Assembly: GCA_963665095.1 (NCBI GenBank)
Contig: OY762069.1
Coordinates: forward strand, 4,384,001-4,448,000
Length of the DNA: 64,000 nucleotides
Direction of reading: 5' to 3'
Origin: an uncultured Desulfobacter sp.
GTDB taxonomy: Bacteria; Desulfobacterota; Desulfobacteria; Desulfobacterales; Desulfobacteraceae
Part shown: positions 50,064-60,697 of the stretch, piece after piece
Layout of the letters: each line of letters begins with the position of its first letter
Position numbering within the stretch: the first letter of the stretch is position 1
Made by a program: the position numbers and the translations under genes
The notes under the pieces: generated by a model
What the model was told of the DNA's origin: nothing
The model's input: the letters and a program-made list of their open reading frames with translations, nothing else
Database searches by the model: none

Positions 50064-50531
50064 CTTAAAACTTTTTCTTTAAACAGAGGTGGTCAAATAT
50101 GCTATCATCTACAATTGCTGGGCCGAAACAGGTACTCCGTTTTCGTAAGGTTTCAGCGGTCCATAGCTGACGGATATCACATTGTTTCCATATGATAATC
50201 CTGCCTCAGGATAAATTGACAGATATTATTTCATCAGCATTCGATTAAATCAAGCAGTAAAATGCAGACAAAGCGAGACAGGTATGAGCAAAACTGCATG
50301 AAAAAGGTTTATTTTCAAACTTGTTACGGTTTCTATTTTAATTTTCTGATTAAAAACAAACGGTTTTGCAGTCAGGATTTTTATATAAAATGCCATATTT
50401 GTAATTTTTAATTTGATTTTTACGCCATAAAACGGTATTTCCATTAAATTATTTAAATTGTAGCAGGGGCTGCCCCCTGTAAAATTATGGGTTGAAAACA
50501 ATACCAATTTTATTGATGCGGATATCCTTTT

Positions 50532-52052
50532 ATGAAGTCCATTGAAGAAACCTCCCTTTTATACGAGATCAGCGAAGCATTAAACCAGCACATGGATATG
50601 AAAAAATCCCTGTTCAAGGTCTTAAGTGTTCTGTCTGAATCCCTGAATCTGATAAGGGGGATCATCTTTTTAACCAATACCGAAACCGGTGAAATCCGTA
50701 TTGAAATCGCCCACGGTATTTCAGAAGAAACAACCAAACAGATCAAATACCTGCCCGGAGAAGGGGTGATCGGCAAGGTAATCCAGACCGGGAAGGCGGC
50801 TGTGGTGCCTAGAATCAGCGAAGAACCGCTGTTCCTGGATAAAACCCATTCAAGGAACCTGGCCCAGGGCCAGGATTACTCCTTTATCTGTGTGCCAATT
50901 AAAAAAGAGAACCGGGTGGTGGGTGCCATCAGCGCGGACAGGCCCTATGAAGGCAAACGCCACCTTGAAAATGGTGAAAAACTGCTCTCTGTTGTTGCCA
51001 CCATGGTGGCCCACCATGTAATCAACATTGAAACCATCCGGGTGGAAAAAGAGCAGCTTAAAACTGAAAACCTGCGCCTGAAATCCGAGCTGGAAAACAA
51101 GTACAGCTTTTCCAACATCATAGGCAACTCCAATAAGATGCGGGAAGTGCTGCAGATGATCTCCCAGGTATCCTCCTCTTCCGCAACGGTTCTGATCCGG
51201 GGGGAAAGCGGCACGGGCAAGGAGCTGGTGGCAAACTCAATTCATTACAACTCCGACAGGAACCAGAACCCCTTTATCAAGATCAACTGCGCGGCCATCC
51301 CTGACAACCTGATTGAAAGCGAGCTGTTCGGCCATGAAAAAGGGGCGTTTACAGGGGCCTCTTCCACCAAAAAGGGCAAATTTGAAATAGCCAATACCGG
51401 TACAATTTTTCTTGACGAGATCGGCAATATGGACCTGGGTGCCCAGGTAAAACTGCTGCGGGTACTCCAGGAGAAGGAATTTGAGCGGGTAGGCGGGTAT
51501 AAACCCATCAAGGCGGATGTCAGAATTGTGGCGGCCACAAACTCCAATCTCGAGGAGATGGTGCAACAGGGCAAGTTCAGGGATGACCTTTACTTCCGGC
51601 TCAATGTATTTCCCATTTATATCCCGAGCCTTCGCATGCGCAAAACAGATATCATTCTTCTGGCCGACCACTTCCTGGAAAAATACAGAAAGGAACACGG
51701 CAAGGAGATCAAGCGCATCACAACACCGGCCATTGACATGATGATGGAATATCACTGGCCCGGCAATGTCCGGGAGCTTGAAAACTGTATTGAGCGGGCC
51801 GTCATTCTGTGCAATGAAGGCGCCATCCACTCCTACCACCTGCCGGCAACCCTTCAGACCGGCACCAAATCCAAGACCCTGCCCCTTTCCTTAGAGGATG
51901 CCGTGGCAAGTCTTGAAAAGGAAATTCTCATGGATGCCCTGAAAAACACCCGGGGCAACATCAACAAAGCAGCCAAGCTGATCAATATCACAGTCAGAAA
52001 ATTTTCTTACAAGGCCGCCAGATACAATATTAACTACAAAGATTACCGGTAG
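50532..52052 (+). CDS. Sigma54-dependent activator (GAF-AAA+-HTH), NifA-like
   Basis: [29 protein letters not shown] and WPGNVREL motifs. Confidence 0.92.
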   Translation: MKSIEETSLLYEISEALNQHMDMKKSLFKVLSVLSESLNLIRGIIFLTNTETGEIRIEIAHGISEETTKQIKYLPGEGVIGKVIQTGKAAVVPRISEEPLFLDKTHSRNLAQGQDYSFICVPIKKENRVVGAISADRPYEGKRHLENGEKLLSVVATMVAHHVINIETIRVEKEQLKTENLRLKSELENKYSFSNIIGNSNKMREVLQMISQVSSSSATVLIRGESGTGKELVANSIHYNSDRNQNPFIKINCAAIPDNLIESELFGHEKGAFTGASSTKKGKFEIANTGTIFLDEIGNMDLGAQVKLLRVLQEKEFERVGGYKPIKADVRIVAATNSNLEEMVQQGKFRDDLYFRLNVFPIYIPSLRMRKTDIILLADHFLEKYRKEHGKEIKRITTPAIDMMMEYHWPGNVRELENCIERAVILCNEGAIHSYHLPATLQTGTKSKTLPLSLEDAVASLEKEILMDALKNTRGNINKAAKLINITVRKFSYKAARYNINYKDYR

Positions 52053-52099
52053 TGTTTCCGCACAACTTTTTTAAACAGATTTGACGCTGAAAAGGCCTG

Positions 52100-53398
52100 C
52101 TATTTTTTCCGGATTTTCACGGAATTGGCATGGGCATGCAGACCTTCTGTCTCTGCCAGGGTGATCACATCATCAGCCTCTTTTTCAAAAGCAGCTTTGG
52201 AATAATGGATCAGGCTGGTTTTCTTGGTAAAATGGGATACACTTAACGCCGATGAAAACCGGGCTGTCCCCGCCGTAGGCAGCACATGATTGGGACCTGC
52301 AATATAATCTCCCATGGGTTCCGGTGTATAGGGACCCACAAACAGGGCGCCTGCATTCTGAACCCTGTCAATATAATCAAAGGGGGATTCCACGATGATC
52401 TCAAGATGTTCCGGCGCCAGGCGGTTGGACAGGTCAATGGCCGTATCGATATCCGGCACCACCAGAATGGAACCAAAATCATTAATGGACGGACCGGCAA
52501 TGGCTTTACGGGGCAGGGCGTTGAGCTGGGGCTCCAGAGCGGCAGCCACCTTTTCCGCCAGGGCCATGGAGTCAGTCACCAGCACCGCCGAAGCCAGCAC
52601 ATCATGTTCCGCCTGGGAGAGCAGGTCTGCGGCAATACATTCAGGGTCTGCGGTGTTGTCTGCAATTATCAGGATTTCACTGGGCCCGGCAATCATATCT
52701 ATCCCCACGGTACCGGAGACATTTTTTTTGGCAAGGGTCACATAGATATTCCCCGGTCCCACAATCACATCCACCTTTGGCACCTGGGCCGTACCATAAG
52801 CCAAGGCACCTATGGCCCAGGCAGAGCCGGCCTTAAATACAGCATCAAGACCAACGGCCCTTGCTGCAGCAAGAATATGGGGATTAATTTTGCCGTTTTC
52901 CATGGGCGGGGTCATTAATGAAACAGATGCCACCCCCGCCACTTTGGCGGGTATACCACCCATAAGCACCGAAGAAACCAGCGGTGTTTTACCTCCCTTT
53001 GCTCCGGGGGCATAGATCCCGGCTGCATTTACCGGCCGGACCATCTGGCCTACCATGACACCGTTTCTAGGGGTATCCATCCATGAATTTTCCCTCTGGC
53101 GGGTATGGAAGTCCGTAATCTGCTCCACAGCCCGGTCCAGAGCCTTTAAAAACTGGGAAGACATCATCCCCACAGCCTCTTCAAATTCCTCGTCCGTCAC
53201 CCGCAGGGTCTGGACTGTTACTGCCTGGGAATCAAATTTATTGGTATATTCAATCAGCGCCTCATCCCCGCGGGTTTTGACGTCCTCCAGAATGGCCAGA
53301 ACACGCTCCTGGTCTTTTGCTGAAAACCCAAGCCCCCTGTCGATGGTTTGCTGAACCCTTGCTTCCGCTTCCGGGGAAGGATAATTAAATATTTTCAT
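52100..53398 (-). CDS. hisD: Histidinol dehydrogenase
   Basis: GPGNIYV, IDMIAGPSE, LSQAEHD, APEHLE and GPNHVLPT motifs. Confidence 0.97.
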   Translation of the reverse strand: MKIFNYPSPEAEARVQQTIDRGLGFSAKDQERVLAILEDVKTRGDEALIEYTNKFDSQAVTVQTLRVTDEEFEEAVGMMSSQFLKALDRAVEQITDFHTRQRENSWMDTPRNGVMVGQMVRPVNAAGIYAPGAKGGKTPLVSSVLMGGIPAKVAGVASVSLMTPPMENGKINPHILAAARAVGLDAVFKAGSAWAIGALAYGTAQVPKVDVIVGPGNIYVTLAKKNVSGTVGIDMIAGPSEILIIADNTADPECIAADLLSQAEHDVLASAVLVTDSMALAEKVAAALEPQLNALPRKAIAGPSINDFGSILVVPDIDTAIDLSNRLAPEHLEIIVESPFDYIDRVQNAGALFVGPYTPEPMGDYIAGPNHVLPTAGTARFSSALSVSHFTKKTSLIHYSKAAFEKEADDVITLAETEGLHAHANSVKIRKK

Positions 53399-53553
53399 GG
53401 CAGCCGGCCCCTTTTAATTCATGTTCATTGCCGGCAAATATACAATCCATTTTTAAAAAGGAAGATGACCTGCCGGACAAAAAGGTATATATATCAATTT
53501 TTAGCATAGAAAACCAATGTCAAGTCCAAAGAGATTATAAAAAAGGAAGACCA

Positions 53554-54708
53554 TTGTATTTATCAAAAACTATCGAATCGTTAAGGTTCAGCGTAATTCG
53601 AGAGATGAGCCAGATCGCGGCACAGTACCAGGACGTTATCACCCTTGGTATTGGCGAGCCGGACTTTGACACCCCGGCACCCATCATTGAAAAAGCCTTT
53701 GCCGATGCAAAGCAGGGACACACCCATTACACCCCGGCAAAGGGGGACCCTGAACTTATAGAAAAATTGTCTGTCTGCCTGTCCGAAGACTTGGGAAGAT
53801 CTATCTCCCCAGCGTGCATTATGGCAACCCACGGTGCCATGAACGGTCTTGCCACAGCTTTTCGAACCCTGATGGATCCGGGGGATGAAATCATCGTCAT
53901 TGAACCCCACTTCCCCGATTATCTGGCCCATATCACCTTTGCCCATGCAGTTCCCAGGTTTGTGCCATCCCGCTTTGAAGATGGTTTCGTGCCCGACCCG
54001 GCAGATATTGAGGCTGCCGTCACTTCCAGAACAAGGATCATTCTTCTTAATTCACCCAATAACCCCACAGGAACAGTCATGCCGGCCGATGTTCTGGAAC
54101 AGATTGCCGCCATTGCCAGGGACAAGGATCTTTGTGTGGTGTCGGATGAAGTATACGACCGCATCTCTTTCAAAGGGAGGCCCGCATCTATATATAACTT
54201 TACCGGCATGGCAGACAGAACCGTTGTGCTAAACTCCTTTTCCAAAACCTATGCCATGACCGGATGGCGTGTGGGGTTTGCCTATGGGCCTGAATCTGTC
54301 ATCTCCGAGATGACCAAGGTGGCCAATTATGCCACCGGGTGCCCGTCCAGTGTGGGACAGCGGGCAGCCATTGCGGCTCTGGATACACCGGCCGAGATTA
54401 TCCAGGAGATGTCAGATACCTTTGAACGGCGCATGGACCTGGTTTACGCCCGCCTTGAGGCCATGCCCGGCATCCGGGTCAGGCGGCCGGAAGGAAGTTT
54501 TTATCTGTTTGCCGACATATCTGCAGTGTCCACGGACTCCAGGCAATTTGCCCTGGACCTGATCAAAGAGGAGCAGGTGGTGGTGGTACCGGGATACCCG
54601 TTCGGACCGTCCTGCGACGGGTGCATCCGGATTGCCTGCACCGTGAATCGTCAGCGGCTGAGCCAGGCCATGGACCGGCTGGAAAGATTTCTTGCCGCCA
54701 GAACCTAA
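53554..54708 (+). CDS. PLP-dependent aminotransferase class I/II
   Basis: GEPDF, NSPNNPTG, SDEVY and SFSKTYAMTGWRVG. TTG 53554 follows AAAGGA. Confidence 0.93.
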   Translation: MYLSKTIESLRFSVIREMSQIAAQYQDVITLGIGEPDFDTPAPIIEKAFADAKQGHTHYTPAKGDPELIEKLSVCLSEDLGRSISPACIMATHGAMNGLATAFRTLMDPGDEIIVIEPHFPDYLAHITFAHAVPRFVPSRFEDGFVPDPADIEAAVTSRTRIILLNSPNNPTGTVMPADVLEQIAAIARDKDLCVVSDEVYDRISFKGRPASIYNFTGMADRTVVLNSFSKTYAMTGWRVGFAYGPESVISEMTKVANYATGCPSSVGQRAAIAALDTPAEIIQEMSDTFERRMDLVYARLEAMPGIRVRRPEGSFYLFADISAVSTDSRQFALDLIKEEQVVVVPGYPFGPSCDGCIRIACTVNRQRLSQAMDRLERFLAART

Positions 54709-54784
54709 AAATCCAGGGCCGGAAAATCCAGAACCAATAAATTATGACCGAAAAATACCAATAGAAGGGCAGGGTTCTTCGTCT

Positions 54785-54809
54785 GACGAAAAGTTGCCCA
54801 GATGCAAGG
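54785..54809 (+). repeat. Truncated third copy of the structured repeat
   Basis: GACGAAAAGTTGCCCAGATGCAAGG is 24/25 identical to 5961-5985. Confidence 0.7.
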
Positions 54810-54831
54810 GGGCTTACATGGCCCCCTTTTT
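54806..54831. terminator. Intrinsic terminator between convergent genes
   Basis: AAGGGGGC-7 nt-GCCCCCTT, then TTT. Confidence 0.7.
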
Positions 54832-54847
54832 CATTTTAAAAATATTT

Positions 54848-55567
54848 TTACAAGCGGCCGGTGTGGGACAACTCATCGAGGCCTTCCCGGTCCTGGATTA
54901 CGATTTTTTTTCCTTCCGCCCTTATTAAACCGGCCTGGTCCATCCGCTTGAATATGCGGGATATGGTTTCAGGCGTTGTCCCGATGAGACTGGCCAGTTG
55001 AACTTTTGACACGGGCAGGGTCACCGTTGCATTTACCTCCGCCTTTTTCCCGGACTGTCCCTTTTTTAAAATCCTCGCCCCTTCCCTGGACAGAGTCAGA
55101 AGATAGGCGGCCAGTCGGGCAGGCACCTCTTTAAGGCTTAAATGTTCAATCTGAACTGTAAATTCCCGCAACCGTCGGGACAAATCCGCCAGCATGTTCA
55201 TGGCAAGGGCAGGGCTCTTTGTAATCTGCGCCACAAATGCATCTCTTGGCAGAAATAAAATTTTGGATGGATCCAGGGCCATGGATGAGGCAGGAAAACT
55301 GGTGCCCTGGAACACCGGCACTTCCCCGAAAATGTGGCCAGGCCCGTAAATATGCAGAATCTGCTCCTTTCCCTCAAAGGAGATCTTGAACACCTTTATC
55401 TTTCCCTCAACCACAAGATAAAACCCTTTGCCGGGATCCCCTTCATTAAATATCATTTCACCCCTTTCAATATCCATTGTACGGGATAACGCAAAAAGGG
55501 CCTCCCGCTGGTCCCGGGTAAGGCCTGAAAAAAGGGGAATGGCATGTAAATGAGCGTCCATGGACAA
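54848..55567 (-). CDS. Crp/Fnr-family regulator (HcpR/DNR-like, no N-terminal Cys cluster)
   Basis: cNMP-binding fold (IFGEVPVF); HTH LASLIGTTPETISR. Confidence 0.9.
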   Translation of the reverse strand: MSMDAHLHAIPLFSGLTRDQREALFALSRTMDIERGEMIFNEGDPGKGFYLVVEGKIKVFKISFEGKEQILHIYGPGHIFGEVPVFQGTSFPASSMALDPSKILFLPRDAFVAQITKSPALAMNMLADLSRRLREFTVQIEHLSLKEVPARLAAYLLTLSREGARILKKGQSGKKAEVNATVTLPVSKVQLASLIGTTPETISRIFKRMDQAGLIRAEGKKIVIQDREGLDELSHTGRL

Positions 55568-55623
55568 CCTTTATTTTTAATGGGGTTCGTATGCCCAGCA
55601 GAAACATAGAAAAATGGGCACTC

Positions 55624-55637
55624 TTGATCCAGATCAA
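55624..55637. promoter_or_regulatory. FNR-type binding site TTGAT-N4-ATCAA
   Basis: CTTGATCCAGATCAAG, between the Crp/Fnr gene and the divergent HD gene. Confidence 0.75.
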
Positions 55638-55781
55638 GTTTTTCTTTCAACGTCTATAGTAAGTTCAAGTCAGGATGTAAAGTGATCCGGCATAATTGCA
55701 CAGGTGGAGAAGCGACTTATCTTATTTTTAATACAGTGCTTTTCATCCGACTTCACCAACATAGACACTGGAGGGAAAACC

Positions 55782-56513
55782 ATGAAATGTCCAGGACAGG
55801 ATACACAATACTGGGGGGCGGACGCCATTTATGAAAGCCTTTGCCCTGAGTGCGGTAAGCCTTTGGAGTTCTTCAAGGACGATACCACCCGGAAATGCCC
55901 CCATTGCAGCAAAAAAATAGTAAATCCCAAAATGGATTTTGGCTGCGCCTCCTACTGCCAGTTTGCCGAGCAGTGTTTGGGCACCCTTCCGGAAGGTTTT
56001 ATTGCAGGGCAGGAAGATCTTTTAAAGGATAAAGTTGCCGTTGAAATGAAGCGGTATTTTGAAAAGGATTTTAAACGAATCGGCCATGCTGCCAAGGTGG
56101 CGCGGTATGCGGATCTCCTTTTAAAGAAAGAAAAGGCTGATCCTGCCGTGGTCATGTGTGCCGCCTATCTGCATGACATCGGAATAAAAAATGCAGAAAA
56201 AAAATTCAACTCATCTGCCGCCCGTTACCAGGAACAGGAGGGCCCTCCTGTGGCCGGAAAGATCCTTGAAAAACTGAACGCCAGGCAGGAACTCATTGAC
56301 GAAGTGTGTGACATCATAGGCCATCATCATAGTCCGAGATCGGAAGAAACCATCAATTTTAAAATTCTTTATGATGCAGATATGCTCGTGAATATGGAAG
56401 AGTGTCATGGGCATAAAGATCTTGACCCCGTAACCTTTTCCAAAAAAATTGACCGACTTTTTTTGACACAAGCAGGCAGGGGCCTTGCCAAAAAAGTATT
56501 GATGGAAGCATAG
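55782..56513 (+). CDS. HD-domain phosphohydrolase with a Cys-rich N-terminal domain
   Basis: MKCPGQD, CPEC, CPHC and CASYCQFAEQC; H...LHDIG...HHH...D; GGAGG RBS. Confidence 0.85.
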   Translation: MKCPGQDTQYWGADAIYESLCPECGKPLEFFKDDTTRKCPHCSKKIVNPKMDFGCASYCQFAEQCLGTLPEGFIAGQEDLLKDKVAVEMKRYFEKDFKRIGHAAKVARYADLLLKKEKADPAVVMCAAYLHDIGIKNAEKKFNSSAARYQEQEGPPVAGKILEKLNARQELIDEVCDIIGHHHSPRSEETINFKILYDADMLVNMEECHGHKDLDPVTFSKKIDRLFLTQAGRGLAKKVLMEA

Positions 56514-56550
56514 CCCCGGTTACCCGAAAGGGTATTGCAATTAAAGAATC

Positions 56551-57240
56551 TCACTTTTTACCGGGTTTAGAAAGGGTGATCACCCGGGAACACATACGGG
56601 CCGTGCTGCCCCGGTCATGGGAAATAAAGAGCAGGGCCATGTCGGAATTTTCCCGGATGGCGGTCAGGTGCGCAATGATGTCTGCCTGCAGGGGCAGGTC
56701 CAGACCGCAGAGCGCCTCATCGCAGATCAGCAGTTCCGGTGCCACGGCCAGGGCCCGGGCAATGGCAGCCCGCTGACACTGCCCGCCGGAAAGCATGCCC
56801 GGCCGGCACCGGCCAAGGCCAGGATCAAGCCCCATGGCCTGCATCAGTTCCTCTGCCCGGTCCCGGCGCGTTTTCACTGACCCCATTCCAAAAGCAGCCA
56901 TGGGTTCAATGATGGATGCGCGCACCGGCAAAAAGGGATTCAGATAAACAAAAGGGTCCTGCCAGACCATCTGAACCTTCCGGTAAAACTTGCGACTCGG
57001 CCTTGTTTTTGGGTCACAGACAAGTTTCTCTCTTAAAAAAACCCGGCCTTTATCGGGTGGTTCAACGCCCAGAATAATACGCGAAACCGTGCTTTTCCCA
57101 ATGCCACTGGGTCCGGAAAGCCCCACGGCTTCTCCGGGACGGATATCCAGGTTGAAATCCGACAGTACAGTTACTTTTTCTTTGCCGCGCCCAGTATACG
57201 CCTTGCTGATACCTTCCATATGCAGAAGCCGGGAACTCAT
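56551..57240 (-). CDS. ABC transporter ATPase (Nik/Opp type)
   Basis: GPSGIGKS, LSGGQ and LICDE motifs. Confidence 0.92.
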   Translation of the reverse strand: MSSRLLHMEGISKAYTGRGKEKVTVLSDFNLDIRPGEAVGLSGPSGIGKSTVSRIILGVEPPDKGRVFLREKLVCDPKTRPSRKFYRKVQMVWQDPFVYLNPFLPVRASIIEPMAAFGMGSVKTRRDRAEELMQAMGLDPGLGRCRPGMLSGGQCQRAAIARALAVAPELLICDEALCGLDLPLQADIIAHLTAIRENSDMALLFISHDRGSTARMCSRVITLSKPGKK

Positions 57241-58070
57241 AAGCCTGCACCTTCCATAAATTTCATGGCACTGACCAGTTCCCGGGTGTGGACATGGTAT
57301 GGATTATCAATTATATCCCGGGCAGGGCCAGCCTCTACCTGCCTGCCGTTATATATAACAACCAGTTCCCGGGCAAGCCCCTGGAGGCCTCTTAAATCAT
57401 GGGAAATTATAATAACAGCTGTCCCGCCATTTTCCGTAAGGTCCCTCAAACCTTTGGTCACCAGCCCCTTATTGATATCATCCTGGCCTGTAACGGGCTC
57501 ATCGGCAATGAGGATCCGGGGCCGGACAGCCAGGGCAAGGGCCATCAGAGCTCGCTGGCGCTGGCCCCCGCTGAGTTCAAAGGGATAGCGGTCAAAGGCT
57601 TCGACATTTAGACCGGCTTTTTCCAGCGACTGGATGGCCGCAGACTTGAAATTCCCGTTATGAACCTGACCTCCCGCCTCTTTACCGCCATTTTTTCCAG
57701 CAACGGCGGCTATGGCATCGGTAATATGGACTCCGATCTTTATCCAGGGGTCCAGGGCCCTGGACGGGCTTTGGAACAGCATCATCACATCCTGGCCACT
57801 AATCAATGCTTTCCGGGCCCCCTTTTCCGGCACCACAGGGTCTCCCATGAACCGGACCTTACCTTTGCGCACCTTAAGCGGGGGCGGTAGAATCCCTGCC
57901 AGAGCAAGGGCTGTCAAGGTTTTTCCGGACCCGCTTCTGCCGGTTATGCCCAGAATCTGTCCTGGTTCCAGACAAAAGTTGACCCCTTCAACCAGGTTTG
58001 CACCTGAGTGTTTACCGGAAGCTGTGATACAAAGGTCGTTAACTGTGAGCAGGGCATTTTCAGGCATCAT
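57237..58070 (-). CDS. ABC transporter ATPase (Nik/Opp type)
   Basis: GRSGSGKT, LSGGQRQR and LIADEP motifs. Confidence 0.92.
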   Translation of the reverse strand: MMPENALLTVNDLCITASGKHSGANLVEGVNFCLEPGQILGITGRSGSGKTLTALALAGILPPPLKVRKGKVRFMGDPVVPEKGARKALISGQDVMMLFQSPSRALDPWIKIGVHITDAIAAVAGKNGGKEAGGQVHNGNFKSAAIQSLEKAGLNVEAFDRYPFELSGGQRQRALMALALAVRPRILIADEPVTGQDDINKGLVTKGLRDLTENGGTAVIIISHDLRGLQGLARELVVIYNGRQVEAGPARDIIDNPYHVHTRELVSAMKFMEGAGL

Positions 58071-58875
58071 GAAATTCCTTTTGAAAGGCCTTTCCCGTAA
58101 GGTTCAGGGCAGCCACCACCAGGGTGATGGCAATGCCGGGGGAAAACACCAGCCAGGGTGCCCGGACCATGTAAATACCTGCTTCCTGGAGCATGCGCCC
58201 AAGTTCCGGTGTTGGAGGAGGAGGGCCTAACCCAAGATAGCTCAGGCCTGCGAATGCCAGGATCAGCCGGCCGGTCTTCAGCGACGCCCCGGCAAGTACC
58301 GGGTTTTTAAACTGGGGCAGGATATAGGCCAAAATGATTCTTGAGGGAGTCAGACCGGCTGTCCGGGCGGCCAGCACAAACTCTTTCCGGGCAGCGGACA
58401 ATGCAAGTCCCCGGATCAGGCGGGCCCACCAGGGCCAGTTGGCGGCGGCAAGCCCGATCACCAGCCCCTGCATGGTTCCGCCGGCAAGGCCTGCAAAAAC
58501 AATGGCCAGAATCAGCCCGGGTATGGCCAGCCCCATATCAATCAACGCCTGCAGCAGTAGGGCAACCCAACCCCTGGCAAGAGCCGCCCCAATACCGATC
58601 ACGGCCCCGGCACTCACGGCCAGGGCAGACGCTGCCAGGGCTCCGCCCAGGGAGAGACGAAGCCCCCAGACAACCCGGGACAGAATACACCGCCCCAGCT
58701 GGTCTGTTCCCAGAGGATACGCCACGCAGGGAGGCGTCAGTCTGCAGGCAAGATCAGCTGCAAGGGGATCTTTGGGAGCAAGCCAGGGGGCCAGAAAGGC
58801 AGTCAGCCCTATAAGCAGGCAGAGCGCAAGACTTGCTGCCACAGACAGATGGATTCCTGTTTCTATTTTTTTCAC
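58060..58875 (-). CDS. ABC transporter permease (NikC/OppC type)
   Basis: LGTDQLGR and the EFVLAARTAG EAA loop; GTG 58875 overlaps the upstream stop (GTGA). Confidence 0.9.
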   Translation of the reverse strand: MKKIETGIHLSVAASLALCLLIGLTAFLAPWLAPKDPLAADLACRLTPPCVAYPLGTDQLGRCILSRVVWGLRLSLGGALAASALAVSAGAVIGIGAALARGWVALLLQALIDMGLAIPGLILAIVFAGLAGGTMQGLVIGLAAANWPWWARLIRGLALSAARKEFVLAARTAGLTPSRIILAYILPQFKNPVLAGASLKTGRLILAFAGLSYLGLGPPPPTPELGRMLQEAGIYMVRAPWLVFSPGIAITLVVAALNLTGKAFQKEFHDA

Positions 58876-59825
58876 GGATTGGCCCTCACCTGGGGATCCA
58901 GACGCCGATGAACGAGGTCTGTCAAGCTGTTCACAATGACAAAGGTCAGGCAGATGAGCAGTACAAGGGCCTGGACCATGGGAATATCTCTTGCCATTAC
59001 CGCCTGGACCGTGAGCCGCCCCAAACCAGGTCTGGCAAACACGGATTCCACAATCATGGCACCGCCCAGAAGCTGGCCAAGACAGACCCCCCACAAGGAG
59101 ATCATGGGCACCAGGGCATGGGGCAGGATGTGACGGAATAAAATTTTAAATGATGAAAGCCCCCGGGTCCGGGCAAAGGAAATGAAATCCGCATCCATGG
59201 TTTTTATCAAAGAGGCCCGCAACATGCTGCCCTGAAGCAGTCCAATACTTAAGGCAAGGGAAAATGCCGGCAGAATGACATGGGCGAGCGACCCCTTTCC
59301 GCTCACCGGTAAAAGCCCCAATTGCAGGGACATCAGCCAGGCAAGCATGATTCCCAGCCAAAACGGAGGCGTGGCAGAGGAGACAACCGTAAGAGCAGCA
59401 ATAAGATGGTCGGGAAACCTGTGCCGGAAGACGGCTGCAAGCATACCGCAGACCAGGGACAAGACCACCACCATGAAAAATGCCGCCAGCGCCAGCTCCA
59501 GGGTGGCGGGCAGACTTAAGGCGATCTCCTGAACAATGGGTCTTCCTGTCTGCCAGCTTACGCCCAGATCGCCGGTGCAGATTCTGCCCATCCAGCACAG
59601 GTACTGAATGGACCAGTGCCGGTCCAGGGAAAGGGTGTGCCGCAATGCCTCAATCTGTTCCCGGCCTGGAGCCTGACTCTGGTTGGACAAAATAATTTCC
59701 GCAGGATCGCCCGGACTAAAAGCAAAAAGAATGAAGGTGCATAAGCTGATGCCCCACAAAACAAAACAAAGGTACGCCACTCGCTTTACCCAGTTGGGGA
59801 CAATGATCATGGACGCCTCCTTCAT
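58872..59825 (-). CDS. ABC transporter permease (NikB/OppB type)
   Basis: PGDPAE, GDLGVS, ESVFARPGLG and RDIP motifs. Alternative start ATG 59810 after GGAGG. Confidence 0.92.
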   Translation of the reverse strand: MKEASMIIVPNWVKRVAYLCFVLWGISLCTFILFAFSPGDPAEIILSNQSQAPGREQIEALRHTLSLDRHWSIQYLCWMGRICTGDLGVSWQTGRPIVQEIALSLPATLELALAAFFMVVVLSLVCGMLAAVFRHRFPDHLIAALTVVSSATPPFWLGIMLAWLMSLQLGLLPVSGKGSLAHVILPAFSLALSIGLLQGSMLRASLIKTMDADFISFARTRGLSSFKILFRHILPHALVPMISLWGVCLGQLLGGAMIVESVFARPGLGRLTVQAVMARDIPMVQALVLLICLTFVIVNSLTDLVHRRLDPQVRANP

Positions 59826-60697
59826 TCAAGTAACTTAGGTGGAACAGGCCAGCTGATCATGGCGGCACCGGACTGTCCTTCAAGATAGATATGACCGTTT
59901 TTTACAAAAGGATGGAGGACTTCGTCAATGGCCTTGTCCAGAGACCGCCCTGCTGCCCCGAGCATGCTGAAGTAGATTTTATAATAATCTCTGACCTGTT
60001 CCAGTTCCATGTCCAGAACTACCGGCAGAGACAGGCGGTAAATGCTGGGATTTCGGCCGGTCTGCTTTAAAAAATTTTCAGCACAGGTCAGATGACTGCC
60101 TGCAGTGGCGCACGGGATATCCATGACCCTGGCCCAGATCTGCCGGTAGAATGGGAAGGCAGGCCCGCCTGTTCCAACGACCAGGACACAGTCCTGTTTA
60201 GCCAGATGTTCCATGCGCGAAACGCCTTCTGGACAAAAAGCTTCCGGGAAAAACGCCGCCACAACCAGGTCATGGTCCGGTGTGAGGTCCATATTATTCC
60301 AGTCTGCTGCCAAAGGAACAATGTTGACGCCCCCTTTGGTGACAATTTTTTCTTCCAGCACCCGGATCATGGCACAGGAGAGATCCATGGCCGTGACCCG
60401 ACATTGATGGGCAGCCAGAGCCAGGGAGAAGGCCCCCGGACCGCAGCCGATTTCAAGAATGGATTTCCCGGCGCTTACGATCCTGCAGTCCGCCAGGGCG
60501 GATGCCATCTCATGGGCCGCAGCATCACCGATTCCAGCCACCTTTTCCCAGACGTCTGCAACTTGATCATAAAAATTCCGCCATTTTTCCGGATCTGCTT
60601 CCTGGGATTTTTTTAGAAAGGAATTTTTACCCAGATTTACCCAGCGCTCACCCCACGCTTCAGGCTCCTGGGAATCGGTCAAAGGGGAATTCATCAC
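59822..60697 (-). CDS. Class I SAM-dependent methyltransferase
   Basis: ILEIGCGPG motif I and VTAMDLS; overlaps the neighbouring genes. Confidence 0.85.
   Translation of the reverse strand: MMNSPLTDSQEPEAWGERWVNLGKNSFLKKSQEADPEKWRNFYDQVADVWEKVAGIGDAAAHEMASALADCRIVSAGKSILEIGCGPGAFSLALAAHQCRVTAMDLSCAMIRVLEEKIVTKGGVNIVPLAADWNNMDLTPDHDLVVAAFFPEAFCPEGVSRMEHLAKQDCVLVVGTGGPAFPFYRQIWARVMDIPCATAGSHLTCAENFLKQTGRNPSIYRLSLPVVLDMELEQVRDYYKIYFSMLGAAGRSLDKAIDEVLHPFVKNGHIYLEGQSGAAMISWPVPPKLLE

Noticed and set aside
50532..52052. Assigning the symbol nifA
   Set aside because: No nif genes or convincing -24/-12 promoter nearby, and the HTH recognition helix differs from typical NifA.
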